Below are positions 34,945 to 49,491 of a stretch of 64,000 nucleotides of DNA, in pieces. Positions within the stretch are counted from its first letter, which is position 1, and the number at the start of each line of letters is the position of its first letter. Below the pieces are notes generated by a model. It saw only the letters and a list, made by a program, of their open reading frames with translations, was not told the origin of the DNA and made no database searches. Location of the stretch: NCBI RefSeq assembly GCF_009914755.1, contig NC_060928.1, one strand, 5' to 3'. The DNA comes from the human T2T-CHM13v2.0 reference genome, Homo sapiens. A program made the position numbers and the translations under genes.

Positions 34945-36886
34945 CCAAACACACACACAGACACGCTACACACACATACCCCAAACATACACACACACGC
35001 ACACACACACTCCACACACACCCAAACATACACGTACACACACACTCCACACACACACACCCCAATATACATACACATGCACACAATAGACACACACCCA
35101 AACATGCACACACACTCCACACACACACACCCAAATAAACACACACATGCGCAAACTACACACACATTACACACACACCCATACACACACATCCAAAAAT
35201 ACACACACACAAACTACACACATACTACACACACACACAAACATACACACACGTGCACACACACGCTCCACACACACATCCCAACATACACTCTACACAC
35301 ACGCCACACACACCCCATACACACAGGCACACAATCCACACATACACTCCACATACACAAACCCAAACATACATACTCTACACACACACCACACACATCG
35401 CAAACACACACACTCTACACACACACAAACATACACACACACGCACACACACTACACACACATTCCAAACATACATACTCACACACATTCTATACACAGT
35501 ACACACACGCTCTATACACACACTATACACACACTTTATACACATACCCCAAAACACACTCTCCACACACCTACACACACCCCCAAACATACACACACTC
35601 CACACACACCTATACACATACTCTACACACATGCACTCCACAGACACAGACTCCCAAATATAAATATACACACACACCCATACACATACATGCACACACA
35701 CTACACACACCCCAAACATACATACTCCACACACACATTCTACACACACACTCCCCACACACGCTTCATACACACACACTCCACACACACACACCCCATA
35801 CACACACACTCTACACACACACTCCACACACAAACCTCCCGAAACATACACATATACACACACTCAATATGCACTCACACCTCCCACACACTATACACAC
35901 ACCCCACACACACCCAAACATACATATACACACACTCCACACACACACCCCATACACACATCCATACACATACACACACTCTACACGCACACACCCAAAC
36001 ATACACATACACACACTCCACACACACACCCCAAACATACACACACCCACACACATGCACACACACTCCACACACTATAAACACACGCTCCATGCACACA
36101 CTACACACACACCCATACACACGCACACACACACCTAAATATACACATACACACACGCTCTACACACACACTGCACACACTATACACACACTACACACAC
36201 CCAAACATACACACACCCAACATACACACATGCACACAGAAACTCCACACACACTTTACACACACACCCCAAACACACACATGCACACACACTCCACACA
36301 CACTTCACACACACCCCAAACACACACATGCACACACACACTCCACACACACCCCAAACACACACATGCACATGCACACTCCACACACACACTTTACACA
36401 CACACTCCACACACACATCCCAACATACACACACTCCACACACACACATATTCCACATACACACTCCATATACACATACACATAAATATACACACACACC
36501 AAATATATGCACACTCTCCATACACATACTCTACACACACACTCCATAACACACACACTCACACACACATATCTACACACACACCCCAAACATATACACA
36601 CACCATGTTACACACTCCACACACTCCGCAAACACACACACACAGAACCTAAACATTCACATCCACACACACACTCCCAAACAACATCCACACACACACT
36701 ACACACAAAAACACATTCACACATACAAATCACACACACATACACACAATACATGCATACACCCTCCCACACCCCATACATACACCCTCCACACACTCTC
36801 TACACACACACACACTCCACATACCTCACACATACACACCCCATACATACACACTCTGCACACACACACACACACATCCTACACAC
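34945..36886 (+). repeat. Degenerate (CA)n-rich array, about 1.9 kb
   Basis: CA runs interrupted by recurrent cccaaacat and actcca motifs; spurious His/Thr and Cys/Val ORFs. Confidence 0.97.
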
Positions 36887-38259
36887 TTTACTATGGCATT
36901 AACCATTTGTGTGTTTGCTAGCTGATTTTAAGGTATTTATTATCGTTGTTTGCATGGAAAACCTGAGAATAGACAGGCATATTATCGGAATTAATAACAG
37001 GGCTTACCAAGAGTAAGAAGTAAATGCAGTACCACGAGTATAGCCCTGGATGCTGGAGAATGAGTTTGAATCCTGGCTTCACCACTTATGATGGAATCTA
37101 CTTAAGTTCTCTGCACTTCTTTGGACTTCAGTTTCCTCACTATAAATAATTATAATAATAAGATCTCCCTCACTGGGTCATTGTGAGATTGAATGCATGT
37201 CATCCATGTAAAATGCCTAGAACAGTGCCTGACACATAGTAAGTTATATGAATGTCTGCTATTATGATAAGGTAGTATGATATTCTGCTATGGCTTTGAG
37301 ATCAATATGCAAAAATTGGTAGTATTCTAAACACTGCAACAAATAGCGAAAATATATAATTTGTAAAAGATCACTTTTATATAACTTGTAATAGCATAAA
37401 AATAAGGTACCTAGGAATAAATCTAACAAATGAGGTGCATGATCTTTAAAAAGAAAATTATAAAATTTTATCAAATGTAATTAAAGAGACTGAAATAAAT
37501 GGAGAACTATGTTCTTTATGAAAAATTTATAACCTTGAACACTTTTCTTCCTCTCATATTACTCTTTAATTCAAAGTAGTTCAAAACAAAATATCGATCG
37601 GTATTTTTAGTGTACGTTGTGGAATTTGACAAGTTTGATTTTAAATGAAGGCTAAATAGTAAATATTTGAGAAGCATGGGATCAGCACAGAGACTGACAA
37701 ACAAAACAATGAAATGGAAATAGCATGTCCAGGAAGACTTTCCTGCATTTATAGAAACTTGATAGTTGGCAAAAGTGATATTACAGGTCAGTGGAAATAG
37801 GGTGAATTATTCAAAAATAATAATACTGGGGCAATTAATCAGCCATTAGCAAAAACTCAAAATTAGATCCTAGCTTCAGTCATACCCTGGACTAAAGATT
37901 TCAGTGTGAAAAACAAAACAGAGCTGAATATCTTCCTGGTGACCCTGGGTCAGAGAAGCATTTCTTAAACAAGATGGGAAAACACAAACCATAAAGGAAA
38001 AGACCGATAAATGTCACTATGTTAACATTAATTTTGTTAATGTTTTATTATTTTCCGGTTCACCAGGGTAGGCTATGGTCCCAGTTTTGTACTGTCTCTG
38101 CACAGTATCACCACACAGCTATGGCCTTTACATAGTGACTTTGCATCACCTGCCTGTAGGGTGGGCAGCATGCATCTCCACACAATTGAGTTTGAGTCTC
38201 ACTGGGTGACTTGCTTTGGCCAACAGAATGTAGGACAACATGCATGATGCCCAACCCGA

Positions 38260-38554
38260 TTTTTTTTTTTTTTTGAGACAGTCTCACTCTGTTGGGCAGG
38301 CTAGAGGGCAGTGGTGCGATCTCCACTCACTTCAATGTCCACCTCCCAGGTTCAAGCGATTATCATGCCTCAGCCTCCTGAGTAGCTGAGATTACAGGCA
38401 TGCACCACTACGCCTGGCTAATTTTTGTATTTTTAGTAGAGATGGGGTTTCATCATGTTGGCCAGGCTGGTTTTGAACTCCTGACTTCAAGCGATCCACC
38501 CACCTCAGCCTCCCAACGTGCTGGGATTACAGGTGTGAGCCACCGCGCCCAGCC
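38260..38554 (-). mobile_element. Alu
   Basis: Poly-T plus Alu dimer. Confidence 0.92.
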
Positions 38555-39169
38555 CCAACCTGAGATTTTACATGTGCTTGTGTGGTTTTCCTTGGCCTCT
38601 TCCATTTATCATGAGATGAGCATGCCCTGAGTAGCTGCTGTCTTTGAATGTGAAATATAGACAACAGACTTAAACCAGACCTGAAGTCTGAGGCAGAGCC
38701 ACCCTGGTTGAACAATAGAACTGTGAATTAGAAAAATACAATTTTGTTGCTTAACTACTGAGATTTATCTGCAATACTATCCTAGTAATAACTGACTAGT
38801 ACATTAACTTATTCAAAATAGGTTTTTTTTTTTTTTGGAGAGGAAAGGACATCGGGGCTCATAAAATCAATAAGAGGGTAGAGGCTTCGAAATAGGCAGG
38901 AGCCAGGATATTTCTCGGGGATGGATTCCAGGACCACCAGCAAGTGTAAAAAGCAGGCTCTCATAAGGCCAGGGCACAACTGCTGGGATGAAATAGAATT
39001 ATTTTCTGCTCCTTTGATCCTCTGGTCAAGATCCAAGTACTAGGAAGAGAGTATGTAATTGTCCTAGCTTGGACTGCCTCCACCCACGAACTAGACAGTA
39101 CAGGTATCTGGGTCACTATCTATCAGGCAATATCCCCTGGGAAGAAAGAAGGCCTCGAAGGAAATGATG

Positions 39170-39606
39170 AGCCGGGCACGGTAGCTCACGCCTGTAATCT
39201 TAGCAATTTGGGAGGCCAAGGTGGGTGGATCACTTGAGGTCAGGAGTTCGAGACCAGCCTGGCCAACATGGTGAAATCCGTCTCTACTAAAAATACAAAA
39301 ATTAGTCAGGTGTAGTGACGCACATCTGTAATCCCAGCACTTTGGAAGGTTGAGGCTGGCGGATCACTTGAGGTCAGGAGTTTGGGACCAGCCTGGCCAA
39401 CATGGTGAAACCCCATCTCTACTAAAAATACAAAAATTAGCCAGACATGGTGGCACACGCCTGTAATCCCAGCTACTTGGGAGCCTTAGGCAGGAGAATC
39501 ATTTGAACTCGTGAGACAGAGGCTGCAGTGAGCCGAGATCATGCCACTGCACTCCAGCCTGGGTGACAGAGTGAGACTCCGTCCCCACTGCCAAAAAAAA
39601 AAAAAA
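39170..39606 (+). mobile_element. Trimeric Alu (left-left-right arms)
   Basis: ggatcacttgaggtcaggagtt...tactaaaaatacaaaaattag occurs twice before a single right arm. Confidence 0.88.
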
Positions 39607-39696
39607 GGAAGTGGTGTACTTTTCAGAAGAAGAGATTGACATTGGGCAGAGCCAGAAACAAGAAATGGCCAAGACACATGCTGACCAATGTACTTT

Positions 39697-40105
39697 TACA
39701 CTGAGGGTTCCCAGCTTGTGGGCTAAGAATACCTTGGAGAGCTTTGGAGCTGTTGCAAGAGACCCTAAGTCTATCTATGCCACAACTATGGTCTGAGGCT
39801 TGGTAGATAACATAATTTATATCCCTATACTACCCTTCCCTGAAGATATATAGACGCTATTGGATGTTATTGGCTTAATTCAATGCAAATTCATTTTCAA
39901 GAGTTACTAGATTCATAGTAATAGTATCTTCTTAGGGTAGACTTTCCTAACCAAAAAATACTACAAACAAAATGACTGCCACACGGGAATCTGCAAAATA
40001 GAGATCACTATTTTGATCTCACTAAATTGTTCTAAGGTTCAAATGACTAAGTACTTGGAGTACTTAGTGCTTGGGACACAGTAAATATGCAGTAAATACC
40101 AACCA
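39697..40105 (+). repeat. Local triplication, copy A (direct)
   Basis: About 400 bp collinear with 41082-41497. Confidence 0.93.
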
Positions 40106-40343
40106 CTAGCCTTCTGATGATGCCATTTTGTCCCATGAGGGCCTGCAGGAGAGAACTCTGCCAGCATGTGCACTGACCTGGTCACCTCAGTAGCTATATT
40201 TCTCACAGTGAACTCACGCTCGGTCTTGAGAGAAGGCCCTCCAACTCTGTGGCTCACCGGCACTGTCTTCCTGTGTCTGGGTAGGACCTAAACATGCACT
40301 CCTGGTGACTTAACTCAGGTGCTGCTTCCCAAGGAAGGTCACC

Positions 40344-40361
40344 TTAGCCACTAGGTGGCCT
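40344..40361 (+). promoter_or_regulatory. CTCF-like motif
   Basis: TAGCCACTAGGTGGCCT contains core CCACTAGGTGGC. Confidence 0.45.
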
Positions 40362-40374
40362 CCCTCCAAGTCTG

Positions 40375-40598
40375 TTTGTTGGTTAGGAAAATCTACACTA
40401 AGAAGAAACTATTGCTATGAGTCTAGTAACTCTTGAAAATGAATTTGCATTGAATTAAATCTAATAACAGCCAATAACATCTATATATATTCAGGGAAGG
40501 CTAGTATAGAGATATAAATTATGTTATCTACCAAGCCTCAGACCACGATTGTGGCATAGATAGACTTAGGGCCTCTTGCAACAGCTCCAAAGCTCTCC
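40375..40598 (-). repeat. Local triplication, copy B (inverted, partial), flanked by 14-bp direct repeat
   Basis: Reverse complement of about 41120-41344; ctccctccaagtct at 40360-40373 and 40595-40608. Confidence 0.93.
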
Positions 40599-40956
40599 CT
40601 CCAAGTCTTCTCTAAGGCCAGCATTCTTCTTGTCCTATGGGCAACACATAGTCTAGACAGAGGGTAAGGGACATCAACAGAGTAACAACAAGCAGGTTGG
40701 TTGGTATTCGATTTTGCTTTGGAGACGAAGATGGCTTTACCTTACAATAAGCAGTCAGGTAGAGCTGGGGGTCATTTTGAGGGGGAAAATAACCCAAACA
40801 GAACTGTGTTTTAGGAGAATTAACCTTCCTAGGGTGTATAGGTTGAAGAATGAAAAGGAGATACTGCCCATGGTCTCTTTTTCTCTCTAGTGTAGCTTTT
40901 TCAAGCTAGAAGAATAACTATAACAACTTTCTGAAGTCAGTTTCCTCATCTGCAAC

Positions 40957-41048
40957 TTCCCCCACAATCTCCCATCCAAGACCAAGGTAGCCTGATCCCA
41001 CTAATCATCAGAGACCAGATGAAATCAGGTGTGTTCAGGATTGTACGG
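40957..41048 (-). pseudogene. Degenerate 5S rRNA pseudogene (probably the RNA5SP copy annotated near TLR10)
   Basis: Minus strand ccgtacaatcctgaacacacctgatttcatctggtctctg...cttggatgggagattgtgggggaa aligns with 5S ccataccaccctgaacgcgcccgatctcgtctgatctcgg...cttggatgggagaccgcctgggaa; CpG decay. Confidence 0.8.
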
Positions 41049-41081
41049 TGTGCCATCTATAAAGCACGTGGGGTGTGTTTC

Positions 41082-41497
41082 TACACTGGGGGTTCCCAGC
41101 CTGTGGGCTAAGAATACCGTGGAGAGCTTTGGAGCTGTTGCAAGAGGCCCTAAGTCTATCTATGCCACAACCGTGGTCTGAGGCTTGGTAGATAACATAA
41201 TTTATATCTCTATACTACTCTTCCCTGAATATATATAGATGTTATTGGCTGTTATTGGATTTAATTCAATGCAAATTCATTTTCAAGAATTACTAGATTC
41301 ATAGCAATAGTTTCTTCTTAGTGTAGATTTTCCTAACCAACAAATAGTACAAACAAAATGACTGCCACACAGGAGTCTGTAAAATAGAGATCACTATTTT
41401 GATCTCACTAAATTGTTCTAAGGTTCAAATGACTAAGTACATGGAGGTGCTTAGAACAGTGCTTGGGACACAGTAAATATGCAGCAAATGCCAACCA
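41082..41497 (+). repeat. Local triplication, copy C (direct)
   Basis: tacactg..ggttcccagc to gtaaatatgcag..ccaacca shared with copy A. Confidence 0.93.
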
Positions 41498-42264
41498 TTA
41501 TCATAAAGCAATTCTCATTCCTGAAAGGTGGGGCTCACTCATCTAGATGATCTCTAAAGCCATGCTTTGTGCCTCTGAGCTTTAATGGCTTTCTACATTT
41601 TATGAAAAATCTTGTGATGGGGGCAGACATTCTTTGAGATCTGTTGCTGTTGCTGACGCAGAAAGTGCCTTAGCCTATGAGCCATTCTTCTAAGCTTGGA
41701 TAGAAGGCGTCCTTGGAAGAGGGCCCATATCTCTTCAATTGACAGTGTGGCCCAGAGAGGCCGCAGTCGGAGACCTCTGGGCACTAACACAAGGGCGGTC
41801 TGTTTCCTCCAGGGAGGAATGAACTGACTTCTGTTGTGTCCCACGCAGCTCGTCCACTGCAAAGCTCAGCGAAAAATACTAAAGTGACCTCAAGGTGGCA
41901 CTGCAACCCAAAATTTCACACAAGGGCACACAACCTCAGTTCATTTTGGGGGGTTTTTGTGTTTTTTTGTTAATTTTTGTTTTTTGATCATATCAATTAT
42001 TTTTATTATCTTTAGAAATAGAAACACAAAACTTAAGAATTTTGTAGAGAATTTGAGTGACTTTAAGAGTGTGTCCTCAGAGTCCAGTTTAAAAAAACAA
42101 TTCTTCCGACTTTAAAGTCCTGGAGTTGCAGGAAGTATCCTGTCTTCAGGTGAGGGTCTCAGAGGTGATTTATTCCTGAAGTTGGGTATTTGCAAGCTTT
42201 TCAAAGCTTTCAGAGCTATCATCATCAGAGGGCCACAAGATGGAGAAGGCACTCCTTGAAATAT

Positions 42265-42862
42265 CCTTTATTTTAGGAAAATAATTTTTCAAAAATTTCA
42301 ATAGGTTTTGGTGGAACAGATTGTGTTTGGTTACACGCATAAGTTCTTTAGCGGTCGTTTCTGAAATTTTGGTGCCCTCATAACCCAACCAGTGTACGCT
42401 GTACCCAATTTGTAGTCTATTATCCCTCACCCCCCCGCTCCCACCCTTTCCCCCGAGGTCCCAAAGTCCATTGTATCATTCTTATGCCTTTGTGGCCTCA
42501 TAGCTTAGCTCCCATTTATAAGTGAGAACATGCGATGTTTGATTGTCCATTCCTGAGTCACTTCACCTAGAATAATGGTCTCCAATTCCATTCAGGTTGC
42601 TGCAAATGCCATTATTTTATTCCTTTTTAAGGCCTTCAGTTTATTTTTTTTAATGATATATGATAGTTTACATATTTATGGAGTACATGTGCTATTTTGT
42701 TATATGCATCAAATGTGTAACGATCAAGTCAGGGTATTTGGAGTCTCCATTACCCTGAGTATCATTTCTACGTGCTGGGAACATTTCATGTTCTCTCTTC
42801 TAGCTACTTTGAAATATACAATACATTGTTGTTAACTAGAGTCACCCTACTCTGCTATTGAA
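42265..42862 (-). mobile_element. Two adjacent older L1 3' fragments (L1PB/L1MA-like)
   Basis: cccatttataagtgagaacatgcgatgttt and tatttatggagtacatgtg..ttttgttatatgca motifs. Confidence 0.7.
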
Positions 42863-42919
42863 CACCTCCCCCCGTGCAAAAAAAAAAAAAGGATTGTATT
42901 GCTCAGTTCATTTTTAAAG

Positions 42920-43055
42920 CCTTCTTTCTCAAACTTTACTGTGCATAAAATCCAGCCAGGATCTTGCTAAAATGCAGCTTCTGAATCAGTAGGCCTGGGA
43001 TGGAGCCTGAAATTCTGCATGTCTGACGTCTCTCAGGTGATGCGAACGCTGCAGC
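42920..43055 (+). mobile_element. MER5A-like hAT MITE
   Basis: ttctcaaactt..gatcttgctaaaatgcag..tcagtaggcctgggatggagcctga. Confidence 0.6.
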
Positions 43056-43491
43056 CTGGTTTTAGCTGGAATATAGCTTTCAGCAATTCTCTGCTGTTGT
43101 TTCTAATTAGGGACAGGAGTGAGAATTAAGAAGACCAGAAAAATGGCCCCTTTCTGTGCCTTTAGGAGGTGATGAAGAGCAAGAAAAAAGAAAAATCAGA
43201 AACAACCAAAGAAAACCAAGGCAGCTTTCTCTTTCCATTCCAATCCCATGAGATTTGCGGTTCTGCCCTCGGAGACGACTGATTCAAGGTAGCAGGTGCC
43301 CCGGTCAAGATGAGTTGTGGAGAAGACCAGACCTTCCCAGTAGGTTCTTTCCCTGACACAAGGGCTCCTTCCAGATTTTGTTACAGAATTTACAACACAT
43401 GAAGTGACCCGATGCTTCAGCAAGTGCTTCATGGCTTCCCCCAAAACCAAAGTCAGGGTTCCTGAGAGAGTGCCTAGAAAGTCGGGGTGGA

Positions 43492-47399
<3,908 letters not shown>

Positions 47400-49129
47400 A
47401 TTTTGAAATGGATGGACCCATGTGAGAGGTTCAGTGAGTTATTAACGAGAATTGGTACAGAAGAGTCATTTGCGTATTGTTTATTTTCCAGCTGCTACCT
47501 GTGAGGATTCTTTGCAGCATCCAAGCAACACCTCTTCCTGTTCAAACCCAGGAGCCATCTCTTCACGCATTTTATTGTCCAGTGTGCTGTTTTTGGTTAA
47601 CTGTGTCTCTCACCAAGAAGAAAACAGCAGCAGTGTTGTAATTAATCACAAGGCAGCTCTTCAGAACCTGCTCACATTAAATGATGTAGGTCTTCTTGCC
47701 TCTGCAGTTCCCTGACAGTATGTTTGTAATGCTGGTTGAATTATTACTCATGCCGCCACATCATCCATCCACCCTAGCTTCCCATGACTCTCAAAGGTTG
47801 TTACTGTGCTTCATGAATGCAAGCCTTCCCCAGATGAGGCAGGGAAATGTGAGCCCATACAGTATTCATTTTCCGATTCTGTTAAGTTTACCATTCAGAA
47901 TTTTATAGTAGAAACATAGAACTACCCACCATCCAGCTGCGTTTTCTCTTGGCCTCTTGAGGTGGTAACCACGGCATTCCTACCATGGAAGTACTTTTGG
48001 TTCTGACTGAACCCCTGCCTTCCACACAAGGGTAGGCAAGGGGTCAATGCAGAAAGAGGGAAGAGCAGTCCCGCTCCTGCAAGAAACATTCCTCCTCCAT
48101 CAGGCACAGCTTAATACTGACTGGCAGAGCACCATGTAACCATGGGAGGCAAGACAGGACGTTGATTGGAAGGCCCATTGGTGTTCAGTTTTGAAAGTCA
48201 TCCTTGAAGGACTGCCTGGCACATGGCTCAGAGCATGCAGCAATGGCAGCTATTGCCCTGGGTGCCCGAGGCTGGGAGCACAGGCGGGCGCAGGGTAAAG
48301 GACACCTGCCAGCACACCTGCCACCCTCAGGTATTATAGACAAGAGGTGGCACCACAGTCAAAACACAGATGGGCATAGGTCCACACTGGTGGCTCAAGC
48401 CCAAGGGTCAGCAATGAGCTGCCGGTAGCCAATGCCCTGAAGTCATCTTGTGTTCAATGTGAGAGTCGCCCCAATCAACATGTCAGCAGCATCCTGGTGC
48501 CCAATCCTGGGTGGGCCTACACTGCTTTCCAGGCCACCCACCTCAAATGGGGATCCAACCACCAGTCTCTGAGAGAGCCCCATAGATGTGAATTACAGAG
48601 CTCCTCAGGATATCTGGTTGACTCCATGTTTGCGGTAGAGGGTCAGAGGTCATCTCAAAGGGGAGAAATAAAGACTGGGGTCCATACGGGTCTGCGTCTG
48701 GGCTGGGGCATCCTGCTTGGGGAACACTGCCAGTCCCAGCTGTACCAGGCCCTCAGAAGGACTTAGAAAGTTCAAGGGAGACCTTCCAAAGCACTGGGGC
48801 AAGGGGAGATCTGAGGCGTGGGCCCACAGCAGGGGCTTCATTGGCCCAGTGCTGCCCCTTCCCCTCTAAAAAGGCTGAGACAGCAAAAGAACAGGGGAAG
48901 TGGTTGGGGGTGGGGGAACCAGGTACCCCATTTGCAGTGATTCATATAATCTGCAGACTCCAAAATAGTTAAAGGGCTGCCCACAGCAAGCACCTGAGAT
49001 CCAGCAGCTTCCAATAGGAGGAGGCAAAGAGAAGATTCATGAAGTGTGGGGTGGTTGGGGGAAGCAATAGGCCAGTGATGGCAGGTCCTAGAAAGTGTCA
49101 GCAAAAATACAGATGGTGAGGGATGCCCC

Positions 49130-49491
49130 CGATATGATTTGGCTGTGTCCCCACCCAAATCTCATCTTGAATTGTAGCTCCTATAATTCCCACATGTTGT
49201 GGGAGGGACCCAGTAGGAGATGATTGAATCATGGGGGCAGTTTCTCCCATACTGTTCTCATGGTAGTGAGTAAGTCTCACAAGATCTGATGGTTTTATAC
49301 GGGGTTTCCCTTTTTGCTTGGCTCTCATTTGCTCTTGTCTGCCACCATGTAAAATGTGCCTTTCACCTTCTGCCATGATTGTGAGCCCTCCCCAGGCACA
49401 TGGAACAGTGAGTCCATTAAACCTCTTTTTCTTTATAAATTACCCAGTCTTGGGTATGTCTTTATCAGCAACATGAAAATGGACTAATACA
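49130..49491 (+). mobile_element. THE1-type MaLR solo LTR
   Basis: gatatgatttggctgtgtccccacccaaatctc...aatggactaataca. Confidence 0.85.

Noticed and set aside
34694-36902. 353-501-aa His/Thr-rich and Cys/Val-rich ORFs
   Set aside because: Artefacts of the CA-rich array, which lacks stop codons
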